Below, piece by piece: positions 1 to 9,746 of a DNA stretch of 54,803 bases (position 1 is its first letter; each line of letters opens with the position of its first letter). Below the pieces are notes generated by a model. The model had not been told where the DNA came from. It made no database searches and was given only the letters and a program-made list of their open reading frames with translations. The stretch is from Christensenellales bacterium. Lineage in GTDB: Bacteria > Bacillota > Clostridia > Christensenellales > UBA3700. The stretch covers positions 1-54,803 of the forward strand of contig JBJETQ010000031.1 in assembly GCA_051883395.1 (NCBI GenBank), given 5' to 3'. A program made the position numbers and the translations under genes.

Positions 1-295
1 AGCGGGTATGAGTGGCAAAGAATGCGACGCCATAGCAAGACAAGAACTTTCGGCACAAGGACTTGGGGAATATTTTACTCATTCTTTGGGACATGGACTG
101 GGCGTTGATATTCACGAAGGTTTGTCTTTTTCGCCAAAATGCGAAGAAAAAATACCGACCGACAGCGTTATGTCTGTTGAACCGGGCGTTTATATAGACG
201 GACAATTCGGTATAAGAATAGAAGATATAGTGGTCGTCAAAGACGATAAAGTCGTTGATTTGACCCAATCAAATAAAAAACTAATTTTACTATAA
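1..295 (+). CDS. pepP: Xaa-Pro aminopeptidase (M24 family), 5'-truncated by window edge
   Basis: HSLGHGLG..IHE, SVEPGVY and GIRIEDIV M24 motifs; canonical position upstream of efp. Confidence 0.9.
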   Translation, partial: AGMSGKECDAIARQELSAQGLGEYFTHSLGHGLGVDIHEGLSFSPKCEEKIPTDSVMSVEPGVYIDGQFGIRIEDIVVVKDDKVVDLTQSNKKLILL

Positions 296-307
296 TTGGA
301 GGACTTT

Positions 308-874
308 ATGGCAGATTTTATACTAGCAGGTGATTTTCGTAAGGGTATGACCTTTGAAATGGAAGGAAAGGTAATGACGGTCGTTGACTTTTTGCACGTT
401 AAACCGGGCAAAGGCGCAGCGTTTGTAAGAACTAAACTCCGCAACGTAATAGACGGCGGTACGGTAGAAATGACCTTCAACCCAACCGCAAAATTCCAGA
501 CTGCTCATATCGAGCGCAAACCTATGACTTATTCTTACAGCGACGGTGGTTTGTACTATTTTATGGACAACGATACCTATGATATGATTCCGCTCAACGA
601 AGAAGTTTGCGAAGACGCTTTGCAATTTGTTATGGAAAACGGTGCGGTAACGGTATCTTTTTACAATGGCAACGCATTTTCTGTCGAAGCTCCAAACTTT
701 GTAGAATTGCTTATTACTCATTGTGAACCTGGTGCAAAGGGCAACACTACTCAGGGTGCAACCAAACCTGCTACTTTGGAGACAGGTTACGAATTGCAAG
801 TACCTTTGTTTGTCAACGAAGGCGACACTATTCGTATCGATACCAGAACAGGCGAATATATGTCGAGAGTCTGA
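308..874 (+). CDS. efp: Elongation factor P
   Basis: [14 protein letters not shown] loop, [19 protein letters not shown]; RBS GGAGG before ATG 308. Confidence 0.97.
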   Translation: MADFILAGDFRKGMTFEMEGKVMTVVDFLHVKPGKGAAFVRTKLRNVIDGGTVEMTFNPTAKFQTAHIERKPMTYSYSDGGLYYFMDNDTYDMIPLNEEVCEDALQFVMENGAVTVSFYNGNAFSVEAPNFVELLITHCEPGAKGNTTQGATKPATLETGYELQVPLFVNEGDTIRIDTRTGEYMSRV

Positions 875-900
875 CAATATAGCATTGAATAAATTATTTG

Positions 901-928
901 AGTGCCTTCTTGTGAAGGCGCTTTTTTT
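901..928 (+). terminator. Rho-independent terminator after efp
   Basis: AGTGCCTTC-TTGT-GAAGGCGCT stem followed by T-run. Confidence 0.85.
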
Positions 929-1159
929 ATGGATAAATTCAATCGATAAATTCAGTTAGTTCAGTAAATTCAGTTAAATTTTAATTATTTGATTTTCAAT
1001 GGAATTTTGTTTATAGTCGGCAATTTATCAAACTTTTACTCTGAGATAATAGAATTTGTTTAGTTTGAATTTCAGCGTTTTTTCTTATAAATTTAACATT
1101 ATTTTATTCTACGATATTCTATTTGGCTTTGACGAAAAACGTCGAATATTTTACTTTGC

Positions 1160-1188
1160 TCATACTGTCGCAAGGTTGTCCGTATATT
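1160..1188 (+). promoter_or_regulatory. Putative sigma-E promoter of the spoIIIA operon
   Basis: TCATACT-14 nt-CGTATATT resembles the sigE consensus; spoIIIA is a known sigE operon. Confidence 0.6.
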
Positions 1189-1203
1189 ATTTTGAGGGAA
1201 ACG

Positions 1204-2049
1204 ATGCTTGAAGAAATTTTGCCGCTTGCTATATACAACGAGCTGTTAGAAAGAAACTGGACGGACAATCTTACCGAAATAAGAATAAGGGCAGGTAAAC
1301 CAATATATTGCGCCGTCGGCGGCAGATACGTCAGAATGGGTGAAAAGGACAGTTATATAGCAACCCAAAATGACGTTGAATACGTTGTGGACAAGGCATG
1401 TTCTTCGTCTCTGTACGCCTATGACGACTGCATAACGCAAGGATACGTATCGACTCACGACGGAATAAGAATAGGTATCGCCGGCGAAGGCGTGGTCAAA
1501 TCGGGTAAGTTATGTGCCGTCAAAAACTTCAAATATCTTTGCATCAGAATTCCGCACGACGTACAAGTATTTTGTCCTAAGGTGCAGAGGGTGCTGCAAG
1601 ATTTTGACAATACGATAATTTTCAGCAAACCGGGACTAGGAAAAACTACTTTGCTCAGATATATGATCAGGCGCCTGTCAGATAACGGCAACAACGTGCT
1701 TGTTATTGACGAGAGAATGGAACTGTCGGGCGACAGTTATGATTTGGGGGAGTGTAGCGACGTTGTATGCGGCATTCCTAAAAGCGAAGTATATGCCAAT
1801 TATATCAAGTCAATGCGTCCCGACGTAGTAGCCACCGACGAGATATTTTCTTCTGTTGAAGTAGGTTGTATTCTTGATTGTATCAGGTCGGGAGTCAAGG
1901 TTATAGCTACTGTACATGCCGACAATCTGGACGTACTGCTGGGAGATAAAATATACGGCGCACTTTTGGACAGGTTCAGATATTTTATAAGGATAGACAA
2001 GATAGGTAGTGTGGACAAGGTGTATGACAAGGAGATAACAGATGTCTGA
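1204..2049 (+). CDS. spoIIIAA: Stage III sporulation ATPase SpoIIIAA
   Basis: EIRIRAGKP, GIRIGIAG, Walker A PGLGKTTLLR, IDERMEL, SMRPDVVATDEI; first gene of an 8-gene cluster; ATG 1204 after GAGGG. Confidence 0.92.
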   Translation: MLEEILPLAIYNELLERNWTDNLTEIRIRAGKPIYCAVGGRYVRMGEKDSYIATQNDVEYVVDKACSSSLYAYDDCITQGYVSTHDGIRIGIAGEGVVKSGKLCAVKNFKYLCIRIPHDVQVFCPKVQRVLQDFDNTIIFSKPGLGKTTLLRYMIRRLSDNGNNVLVIDERMELSGDSYDLGECSDVVCGIPKSEVYANYIKSMRPDVVATDEIFSSVEVGCILDCIRSGVKVIATVHADNLDVLLGDKIYGALLDRFRYFIRIDKIGSVDKVYDKEITDV

Positions 2050-2536
2050 AATTATCGTGGGCGGAGCAATATGGATAGCGTGTTTTATAGGCGGTATAGG
2101 CATAGGCAACGCTTACAAAAAACGCAAAGAATTTTTTACGGAGCTGCTCGATTTCGATACCTATCTCAACAGTTGCGTCGTCAATCTCAAAATGCCGATT
2201 TTGCAGGTAATCGACAATTATATTAAAAACAAAGACAAAATTGTCGTTCGATTTTTTCAAGGTGTGGCAGAAAGTATCGATACGGGCGATAAGGAAATTC
2301 TTAACAAAAAAATAGCGGATAGTCCGCTTTTCAAAAAGGACAGAGATATGGTTTTTTCATACTTTGCCGATATAGGCAAGAGCGGTTACGATACGCAGAT
2401 TGCACTCTTGAAGCATCATACTCAGATTCTGTCGGATGCAGCAAACAAGGCGCAAAAAGAATATGCTAGCAACGGAAAGCTCTGTTATAAACTCGGCTTT
2501 TTGCTAGGACTGGCGATTATGATTTTGGTAGTGTAG
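2042..2536 (+). CDS. spoIIIAB: Stage III sporulation protein AB
   Basis: N- and C-terminal TM segments, GKSGYDTQ, KLCYKLGFLLGLAIMILV; synteny. Confidence 0.88.
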   Translation: MSEIIVGGAIWIACFIGGIGIGNAYKKRKEFFTELLDFDTYLNSCVVNLKMPILQVIDNYIKNKDKIVVRFFQGVAESIDTGDKEILNKKIADSPLFKKDRDMVFSYFADIGKSGYDTQIALLKHHTQILSDAANKAQKEYASNGKLCYKLGFLLGLAIMILVV

Positions 2537-2543
2537 GTGAAAT

Positions 2544-2741
2544 ATGGAAATATCCGTTATATTCAAAATTGCAGGCATAGGACTGATTACCGCCGTACTC
2601 AATATTATTCTCAAAAAGAGCGACAAAGACGAAGTTGCGACTTTTGTTACGATAGGGGGATTGATATTGGTATTGCTTATTGTAGTCGATATGATAGGCG
2701 GACTTTTTGACAATCTCAAAAGTATACTGGGAATATATTGA
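2544..2741 (+). CDS. spoIIIAC: Stage III sporulation protein AC
   Basis: IFKIAGIGLITAVLNIILKKSDKDE signature; 65 aa. Confidence 0.95.
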   Translation: MEISVIFKIAGIGLITAVLNIILKKSDKDEVATFVTIGGLILVLLIVVDMIGGLFDNLKSILGIY

Positions 2742-2742
2742 T

Positions 2743-3126
2743 ATGGACATTTTCAAGGTTATCGGCGTTGCAATAATAGGAGCAATATGTTCGCTTTTGC
2801 TCAAAAACTCGTCAAGTACCTTTTCGTCGCTTGCCGTCATTACGACCGGTATAATAATACTCGTCATTGCCGTCAATTCATTGACACAGGTCATTTTGGC
2901 GTTTGAAGAGATAGTTGACAAAACAGGCGTTGACAACGCTCTGTTCGGTGTGTTGCTCAAAATCATAGGTGTAGGGTATCTGACGGAATACAGCGTAAGT
3001 TTGTGTTCTGATTTCGATTGTGCCAGCATAGGGAAAAAGCTTGCTTTTGCGGGTAAAATAGTGATATTTCTGATGGCTTTGCCAATTGTGAGAAGTCTGG
3101 TTGACCTGGTAGTCGGCTTATTATGA
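2743..3126 (+). CDS. spoIIIAD: Stage III sporulation protein AD
   Basis: LLKIIGVGYLTEY..LC.D, AGKIVIFLMALPI. Confidence 0.93.
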   Translation: MDIFKVIGVAIIGAICSLLLKNSSSTFSSLAVITTGIIILVIAVNSLTQVILAFEEIVDKTGVDNALFGVLLKIIGVGYLTEYSVSLCSDFDCASIGKKLAFAGKIVIFLMALPIVRSLVDLVVGLL

Positions 3127-4316
3127 ATAAGGATGCTATGAATAAAAAATTTTTATTCAAGATTGTTTTGATTTTGCTCTTGTCCCTGTCGTTATTTTTG
3201 CTGACGGGACAAGTTTGCGCCGAAAGCGACGACCCGATGGAAGAACTTAAAAACGACGTGGAGCAGAACGCCGCAGATCTAGACTTAGACCAACTTCAAG
3301 ATTGGTTGCAACGCTTTGACAACCAAGGCTTGTCCAATCTGAAATCTACAATAATTGTTATTGCAAACGGAGAAATGCAATGGACGTTTGAAGACGCAGT
3401 ATCAATGCTTACTGACGGTTTTTTTTCTTCTTTCAAAAGCGTCTTGCCCATAGTCGTCTGTATAATCGGTATTGCTCTGATTTGTAGTATTCTCAATAGT
3501 CTGACGGGCAGCTTCCTATCCAATCCTACCAAGGAAATTATCAACTTTGTATGTTATTGCGCAGTAGCTTTGATAGTTCTTGGCAAGACAATTTCACTTA
3601 TAACTACTACAGGCACCATAGTAGGCGATATGAAAGACTTTATGCAACTGGTTTTTCCTGTTCTTCTCACTCTGATAACTGTGCTTGGCGGAGTTAGCAG
3701 CGGAGCGGTTTTCAAGCCGATGATGAGCGTTCTTGCCACTTCGATAACGGTACTGGTGTCCGATTATATTCTACCGCTTGTCATTGCGGTAACCGTATTT
3801 ACTCTTATTTCTTCATTGTCAGAAAACATTAAGCTCAGCAAAATCACGGGGTTTTTCAATAGCGGCATCAAATACGTTTTAGGTGCGGTATTCAGTCTGT
3901 TTATTACCTTTCTTACTGCGCAGGGGCTGACGTGTGGTATTATTGACACGGTATCGGTCAAGACGGCAAAATTTGCCGTTCAGAGCTACGTTCCGATAGT
4001 GGGCGGATACTTGTCCGATGGATTTGATTTGATGATGGCTAGCTTTGTACTTATCAAAAATTCGCTTGGGTTGGTTTCTCTTACCGCTATATTTTTGCTT
4101 ATAGTTTCTCCGCTGGTAGAAATTATCGTCTTTTCATTGGGGCTGAAACTTGCCGCAGGAGTAGTAGAACCGTTGACAAATAGTCGTATTTCTAAGATGT
4201 TGTACGATTTGTCCAAAAATCTTAATGTGCTGGTGGCGATAATTCTCGGCGTAGCTTTTATGTTTATCATAACGGTCATGCTTATCATTTACGCATGCAA
4301 TCTGGGGGTGGTGTAA
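3123..4316 (+). CDS. spoIIIAE: Stage III sporulation protein AE
   Basis: Signal peptide, multiple TM segments, KTAKFAVQSYVPIVGGYLSD, IKNSLG, AAGVVEPL. Confidence 0.93.
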   Translation: MNKDAMNKKFLFKIVLILLLSLSLFLLTGQVCAESDDPMEELKNDVEQNAADLDLDQLQDWLQRFDNQGLSNLKSTIIVIANGEMQWTFEDAVSMLTDGFFSSFKSVLPIVVCIIGIALICSILNSLTGSFLSNPTKEIINFVCYCAVALIVLGKTISLITTTGTIVGDMKDFMQLVFPVLLTLITVLGGVSSGAVFKPMMSVLATSITVLVSDYILPLVIAVTVFTLISSLSENIKLSKITGFFNSGIKYVLGAVFSLFITFLTAQGLTCGIIDTVSVKTAKFAVQSYVPIVGGYLSDGFDLMMASFVLIKNSLGLVSLTAIFLLIVSPLVEIIVFSLGLKLAAGVVEPLTNSRISKMLYDLSKNLNVLVAIILGVAFMFIITVMLIIYACNLGVV

Positions 4317-4319
4317 TAA

Positions 4320-4769
4320 ATGAAACAATGGATATTGGCAATAGTGGGCATTGTAGCTCTAGGGGTGCTTGTTGACGTAATTTTACCCGAAGGTCAGAGT
4401 GCTAAATATATCAAAGGCATATTCGGTGTTGTCGTAGTAATTACGATAATTTCTCCGGTAGTAAATTTGTTGAATAACGTTTCTCACAGCAAATTATATT
4501 TTGACAGCAGCGGCATAGAGATTGAAGAAGGGACGTATTCTAATCTTATTGGCAATCTGCAAGAAATAAAAGAACAAGAAATTGCCGACAAACTTGTTGC
4601 GCAAGGTTACTCTCCGTCTGAGATTAAAATTAAATTTTGCGAAGGCAACGATTATAAAGTTGAAAGTATCTGCATATACATACGATGTAACGAAAATGAG
4701 AAGCAAAATATTACGCAAATATTAAGCGTCGACTATAAAGGAGTTAAGATAAATTTTTATGACTGCTAA
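4320..4769 (+). CDS. spoIIIAF: Stage III sporulation protein AF
   Basis: W.L.I....ILPEG..AKYIKGIFG...IISPV; synteny. Confidence 0.88.
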   Translation: MKQWILAIVGIVALGVLVDVILPEGQSAKYIKGIFGVVVVITIISPVVNLLNNVSHSKLYFDSSGIEIEEGTYSNLIGNLQEIKEQEIADKLVAQGYSPSEIKIKFCEGNDYKVESICIYIRCNENEKQNITQILSVDYKGVKINFYDC

Positions 4770-5181
4770 ACAAAACAACGAACAAAACGACAACGAAAGT
4801 CGAATAAGCGTTTTGCAAAAAATCAAAAGCGTCAAACATATAGAAATTATCGTCGCTTTTGTCATAGCGGCGCTGGCGATATTCATATACTTTATCAGCA
4901 CCGGCTATACGACGCAGGAGAGTAGCGCTCAGTACAGTTACTCAGGCGGTAACGAATTGAGCAAGCAGGTGGCGCAGGTGCTGTCAAACGTAGAAGGCGT
5001 AGGCAATTGTAACGTGCTGATAACTTATGAAGACGAAGAGCAAAATCAAATCAAGGGTGTGGTCGTGGTAGCTGACGGCGGAGACAATGTAGAAGTAAAA
5101 ATCAAAATTATCGACGCAGTCTGCGCCCTTGTGGACGTCAAATCGGACAAAATAAAAATATATAAAATGAACAAAGCATAA
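4759..5181 (+). CDS. spoIIIAG: Stage III sporulation protein AG (short form)
   Basis: TM followed by LSNVEGVG.C.VLIT and IKGVVVVADGGDN.EVK..IIDAV. Confidence 0.88.
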   Translation: MTAKQNNEQNDNESRISVLQKIKSVKHIEIIVAFVIAALAIFIYFISTGYTTQESSAQYSYSGGNELSKQVAQVLSNVEGVGNCNVLITYEDEEQNQIKGVVVVADGGDNVEVKIKIIDAVCALVDVKSDKIKIYKMNKA

Positions 5182-5193
5182 TGGAGGTATTTT

Positions 5194-5700
5194 ATGGCAA
5201 AAATCGCAATCAAACCTTTGTCGGCAAATGCAAAAAAGGTAATTATCCTTTGCAGTATGGTGGCACTTCTCGTCATTACCGGCGTACTCAACTTTGTCCT
5301 GACCCGAACGCTCGACAACGAAGATTCGGTATCGGGCGAACCAACCGAAGCAACTTTCTTTTCGGCTTATCGCAGCGACAGAGAGACGTCCAGAGCAGAA
5401 GAATTCAGCTATCTTGACGCAATAATCGCTTCTGCCGATTCTACCGACGAAATCAAAGCAACCGCAACGGCTAAGAAAATGGAACTTCTATCAAATATCG
5501 ACTGCGAACTGGTGGTTGAAAATCTGATAAAGGCAAAGGGCTTTGAAGACGCTGTGGTTACTATGAGTACCAACAACATCAACGTTATCGTTCAGCAAGA
5601 GGAGTTGACAAGCGAGCAGGTAGCACAGATTCTCAGCGTAATTCTCAGCGAAACAGACTACACTCCTTCGCAGGTTGTTATCGTTCCTTATAAAGTATAA
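5194..5700 (+). CDS. spoIIIAH: Stage III sporulation protein AH
   Basis: FFSAYRSDRETSR, ENLIKAKGFEDAVV, LTSEQVAQI; RBS GGAGG. Confidence 0.93.
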   Translation: MAKIAIKPLSANAKKVIILCSMVALLVITGVLNFVLTRTLDNEDSVSGEPTEATFFSAYRSDRETSRAEEFSYLDAIIASADSTDEIKATATAKKMELLSNIDCELVVENLIKAKGFEDAVVTMSTNNINVIVQQEELTSEQVAQILSVILSETDYTPSQVVIVPYKV

Positions 5701-5711
5701 TATAATAATAC

Positions 5712-5740
5712 TTGTCAAAACTTTGCAAATGTGCTAGACT
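5712..5740 (+). promoter_or_regulatory. Putative sigma-A promoter of asp23
   Basis: TTGTCA-17 nt-TAGACT with extended TG. Confidence 0.55.
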
Positions 5741-5761
5741 TTATAAAGCGGAGGTAAAGTT

Positions 5762-6124
5762 ATGGCAAGTAAAGGCAATAACAGCAACCAACAGGACTTG
5801 GATACCTATTTCGGAGTATTGAGTTCGATAGCGGGAAGCAGCGCTTCTTTGGTTGACGGTGTTGCTTCGGTATCATACGAAGCAGGTCTGAACAATCAGT
5901 TTTTCGATTATGGAAAAAATAAGCGAAGCAATGCGATAGACGTCAGATTTTACAAAGACAATCTCGTTACTATCGACGTATCAATCAACGTATATTATGG
6001 CTACAAAATACCTGTCGTGATATGCAATCTACAAGAAAAAATCAAAGAGGATATCGAAAAATCCACTTATTTTAAGGTCAAAGCCATCAACGTAACCGTA
6101 GTGGGAGTGGTATCCAGACACTAG
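5762..6124 (+). CDS. Asp23/Gls24 family envelope stress protein (YqhY-like)
   Basis: IDVSINVYYGYKIP...LQEKIKEDIE...V.AINVTVVGV; usual position before nusB. Confidence 0.85.
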   Translation: MASKGNNSNQQDLDTYFGVLSSIAGSSASLVDGVASVSYEAGLNNQFFDYGKNKRSNAIDVRFYKDNLVTIDVSINVYYGYKIPVVICNLQEKIKEDIEKSTYFKVKAINVTVVGVVSRH

Positions 6125-6126
6125 TC

Positions 6127-6152
6127 AAAAACCCCTTATCAAGGGGCTTTTT
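6127..6152 (+). terminator. Possible intrinsic terminator between asp23 and nusB
   Basis: AAAAACCCCTT-ATC-AAGGGGCTTTTT. Confidence 0.5.
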
Positions 6153-6171
6153 GGCATATATAGGAGATTAT

Positions 6172-6603
6172 ATGACGCAAAAGACAGACGCAATAAGCAG
6201 CAGAAGGACAGCAAGAGACGACGCATATAAATTGATTTTCGGATATTTGTTCAACAAAGAAATCGACGAGCAGACCAGAGCAATGATGCTTGCCGACGAA
6301 ACTTTGAGCGACGATGACGTAAAGTATCTCAATCAGGTAACCGACGGTGTGGTAGAAAAATACGACGAATTGATTGACGTAGTATGTCAGAATGCCAAAA
6401 ATTTTAAGCCTGACAGAATTTACAAGCCTGATTTAGCGGCATTGTTGCTGGCGATATACGAGATGAAATATATCGATTATATACCGCCGAGAGTTTCTAT
6501 AAGCGAAACGGTAGAACTGGTCAAAATTTATTCGACAGAAAAGAGCTACGTCTTTGTCAACGGTGTGTTGTCGGGCGTGTACAAACAGCTCACGCAAGAA
6601 TGA
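6172..6603 (+). CDS. nusB: Transcription antitermination factor NusB
   Basis: SRRTARDDAY, LLLAIYEM, IPPRVSISETVELVKIYS, FVNGVL. Confidence 0.93.
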   Translation: MTQKTDAISSRRTARDDAYKLIFGYLFNKEIDEQTRAMMLADETLSDDDVKYLNQVTDGVVEKYDELIDVVCQNAKNFKPDRIYKPDLAALLLAIYEMKYIDYIPPRVSISETVELVKIYSTEKSYVFVNGVLSGVYKQLTQE

Positions 6604-6615
6604 CGGGAGAAATAT

Positions 6616-7467
6616 ATGCTGATATACGGTAAGGAAGTTTCGGCAAATCTGCGCAATAAAATTGCCGAAAAAGTAGTAGATTTTCAAGATTCAGTCGGCA
6701 GACAACCATGTCTTGCCGTGATTATCATTGGCGAAGACCCTGCGTCAAAGACGTACGTAAAAAACAAAATCAACGGCTGTGCGCAAGTGGGTATTAAGTC
6801 GCTGTCTTATGAATATGCCGACGGCGAACCCCAAGAAAACGTAGCCGCTCGTATTGTTGAGCTGGCGCAAGACGACAGCGTTGACGGAATTCTCGTTCAG
6901 TTGCCTTTGCCAAAGGGTTATGACGAAAAGTATCTTTTGTCGCTTATTCCTGACAGTAAGGACGTTGACGGATTTTCTCCCAACAATCTCGGTCTGCTTG
7001 CTACCAACAATCCGAGAACGGTTTCCTGCACTCCGCTGGGAGTAATGGAACTGCTCAACAGTACTGGTGTTGATTTTAAAGGTAAAAACGCCGTTGTACT
7101 TGGCAGAAGCAATACGGTTGGCAAGCCTATGGCAATGCTGCTTCTCAACGCAGACTGTACTGTTACTGTCTGTCATTCCCGCACTCAAAATCTGTCTGAA
7201 TTTACAAGAAATGCCGATATTCTCGTCGTAGCAATAGGAAAACCTAAGTTTGTTACGGCAGACATGGTAAAGGAGGGCGCAATAGTAATTGACGTAGGTA
7301 TCAACAGAGTGGACGGCAAACTTTGCGGGGATGTAGATTTTGATTCGGTAGAACCAAAGGCTTCTTATATTACTCCCGTTCCCGGCGGAGTCGGACCTAT
7401 GACAATATCTATGTTGCTCTACAATACGCTTTGCGCAGCAGTAGACAGGGAACTTAGCAAAAAATGA
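6616..7467 (+). CDS. folD: Methylenetetrahydrofolate dehydrogenase/cyclohydrolase
   Basis: GILVQLPLP, KDVDG, GRSNTVGKP, ITPVPGGVGPMT. Confidence 0.97.
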   Translation: MLIYGKEVSANLRNKIAEKVVDFQDSVGRQPCLAVIIIGEDPASKTYVKNKINGCAQVGIKSLSYEYADGEPQENVAARIVELAQDDSVDGILVQLPLPKGYDEKYLLSLIPDSKDVDGFSPNNLGLLATNNPRTVSCTPLGVMELLNSTGVDFKGKNAVVLGRSNTVGKPMAMLLLNADCTVTVCHSRTQNLSEFTRNADILVVAIGKPKFVTADMVKEGAIVIDVGINRVDGKLCGDVDFDSVEPKASYITPVPGGVGPMTISMLLYNTLCAAVDRELSKK

Positions 7468-8648
7468 GCGACGTATTAAGCGTAAGCATTCTCAACGGAT
7501 ATATCCATCAGATTTTCGTTGCTGAAGAAATGTTGCACAACGTCAAGGTTGCGGGAGAAATTTCTCAGTATAAAGTCGCCGGCGGACATGCATATTTTGT
7601 TCTCAAAGACGAAAACTGTCAGATAAATTGCACGTATTTCAATTGTCTTGGCGCTTATCAGCCCAAAGCAGGCGAAAGCGTGGTCGTGGAAGGCAGCGTA
7701 GAATATTATGCAAAAGGCGGTAGACTGAATTTTAACGTAAAGTCAATCAAACCGCTTGGCGCAGGTTATCTTGCATTGTTGTTTGAACAACTCAAAAAGA
7801 AACTGAGCGAACAAGGCTATTTTGATTCCCAACACAAAAAACCTATTCCTGAATATTTGAAAAAAGTATGCGTCATTACGTCGGCGCAAGGTGCTGTAAT
7901 TCGTGATATAATTACTACCGTACGCAACAAAAACAACTATATAGATATAGTTGTCAAAGACGTAAGAGTGCAGGGAGAATCGTGCGCAGGCGACATAATA
8001 CGGGCGATAGAGCAAGTTGACTCTATGGGATATGACGCTATAATAATTGCAAGGGGCGGCGGTTCGATAGAAGATTTGCAAGGTTTCAACAGCGAAAATC
8101 TTGTATATGCGATTTACCATGCAAATACGCCTATTATTTCTGCGGTCGGACACGAAACAGATTTTACTCTTTGCGATTTTGTGGCTGATGTGCGTTGCGC
8201 AACTCCGACGGCGGCGGCAAATCTTATAGCCTTTGATACAAAAGAAACGGCATTGTATCTTCAATCTGTCAAAGAAAAATTGATGGAAAAGCTTGAACGA
8301 AAAGCCGAAAATTATGCGTCAAAAAGGCAATTGCTTTATACTACTTTACAAAGTATATTCACCGCCAAGGCAGAGAGAGCAAGCCACAGATGTCAGGACA
8401 ATCTGAAAAATCTCAATCAGGCTATGAGCGATAAAATTTTACAGACCAAAATGTCTATGCAGCATCTGCTTACAAAATTCAAATCGCTAGACCCGGTTTT
8501 TAGCGTAGAAAAGGGGTTGTGGAGCGTCAGTTGCGACGGCAAACCGCTCACCGAGCCTACACAAGCAAAAGTCAATCAACAAATTCAGCTGAAATCTGTC
8601 AAAGGAAAGCTGACGGCAATAGTTACGGAGGTGTCCAATGAACTTTGA
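7464..8648 (+). CDS. xseA: Exodeoxyribonuclease VII large subunit
   Basis: GHAYFVLKDE, IIARGGGSIEDL, ISAVGHETDFTLCDFVAD.R.ATPTAAA. Confidence 0.96.
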   Translation: MSDVLSVSILNGYIHQIFVAEEMLHNVKVAGEISQYKVAGGHAYFVLKDENCQINCTYFNCLGAYQPKAGESVVVEGSVEYYAKGGRLNFNVKSIKPLGAGYLALLFEQLKKKLSEQGYFDSQHKKPIPEYLKKVCVITSAQGAVIRDIITTVRNKNNYIDIVVKDVRVQGESCAGDIIRAIEQVDSMGYDAIIIARGGGSIEDLQGFNSENLVYAIYHANTPIISAVGHETDFTLCDFVADVRCATPTAAANLIAFDTKETALYLQSVKEKLMEKLERKAENYASKRQLLYTTLQSIFTAKAERASHRCQDNLKNLNQAMSDKILQTKMSMQHLLTKFKSLDPVFSVEKGLWSVSCDGKPLTEPTQAKVNQQIQLKSVKGKLTAIVTEVSNEL

Positions 8649-8835
8649 ACAATCTATGAAAGAATTGGAAAACATTATATCTAAGATGGAAAATCCCGAT
8701 ACTTCTATCGAAGAATCGGTAGAACTCTACGAAAAGGGAGTAAAACTTAGCAACAACTGCCTGAATATTATCAAAAACGCCGAAGCAAAAATCGCTTTGC
8801 TCAAAGATGACGGCAAAGAAGAGGAGCTAAATTGA
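8638..8835 (+). CDS. xseB: Exodeoxyribonuclease VII small subunit
   Basis: FEQSMKELENII.KME...SIEESVELYEKGVKL. Confidence 0.94.
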   Translation: MNFEQSMKELENIISKMENPDTSIEESVELYEKGVKLSNNCLNIIKNAEAKIALLKDDGKEEELN

Positions 8836-9707
8836 ATTATCAACAGACAATAAATAGTTATTGCGAGCGTTTTGAAAGGCTGCTGGACAAGTTTTTCGAG
8901 CAATACGACTGCAATATTGACAGCATAAGAAATGCGGTGGAATACAGCATAAAAGACGGCGGCAAGAGAGTGAGACCTACCTTGGTCTATCTCGGTGCTG
9001 ACCTATGCTCGTGTTCACCAGAAAAGGTAGATTCTGTCGCTTTGGGAATAGAAATGATTCATTCATATTCTTTGGTTCACGACGACTTGCCATGTATGGA
9101 CGACGACAGTCTGAGGCGTGGAAAGCCTACCACGCACGTAAAGTTTGGTCAGGCAATGGCTGTACTTGCCGGCGACGGACTACTCAATCTTGCCTTTGAA
9201 ACCATGCTTGCCGATTGCAACGACTCGTATTCAGCCAAAGCCATCGCATATATTGCCCAATGTTCCGGCATCAAAGGCATGGTAGGCGGGCAGGCTCTTG
9301 ACATAGTCAACGTAGACGACGATATTACTACCGAACAGGTCAATTATCTCAATTCTCTCAAAACAGGCAAGCTTATCAAAGCTGCTTTGGTTGGAAGTTG
9401 TATCAAATGCGGAGCGTCAGACGAATTGTTAGCCGACGTCGATACCTATGCGGAGTGTATAGGAATTATATTCCAGCTTGTTGACGATTTGCTAGATAAG
9501 TATTCTACACGCCAGGCGCTTGGCAAATCGATAGGCAAGGACGCTGCACAGAATAAAAAAACCTATCTCGTTTTGGCAGGAGAAGACAATTGCAGACAAA
9601 AAATCAGCGAAATGCTGGACAAAGCAATTGGAGTTATCTCAAAATACGGCGATAAAGCTAGCAATCTTATCGAATTTGCCAAGTATTTGACAGTAAGGAT
9701 AAATTAA
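8832..9707 (+). CDS. ispA: Farnesyl/geranyl diphosphate synthase
   Basis: GGKRVRP, SLVHDDLPCMDDDSLRRGKPT, FQLVDDLLD. Confidence 0.95.
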   Translation: MNYQQTINSYCERFERLLDKFFEQYDCNIDSIRNAVEYSIKDGGKRVRPTLVYLGADLCSCSPEKVDSVALGIEMIHSYSLVHDDLPCMDDDSLRRGKPTTHVKFGQAMAVLAGDGLLNLAFETMLADCNDSYSAKAIAYIAQCSGIKGMVGGQALDIVNVDDDITTEQVNYLNSLKTGKLIKAALVGSCIKCGASDELLADVDTYAECIGIIFQLVDDLLDKYSTRQALGKSIGKDAAQNKKTYLVLAGEDNCRQKISEMLDKAIGVISKYGDKASNLIEFAKYLTVRIN

Positions 9708-9715
9708 TATAAAAT
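9687..9715 (+). promoter_or_regulatory. Sigma-A promoter of dxs
   Basis: TTGACA-17 nt-TAAAAT. Confidence 0.65.
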
Positions 9716-9746
9716 TATCGTAAGCATATACTTATATGAAGGTAAT

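Noticed and set aside
5181-5417. 78-aa ORF overlapping spoIIIAH in another frame
   Set aside because: Its start contains the spoIIIAH SD (GGAGG); no recognisable product
9704-9732. Possible sigE promoter (TAATATA..CATATACT) before dxs
   Set aside because: Overlaps a stronger sigma-A match and could arise by chance in AT-rich DNA
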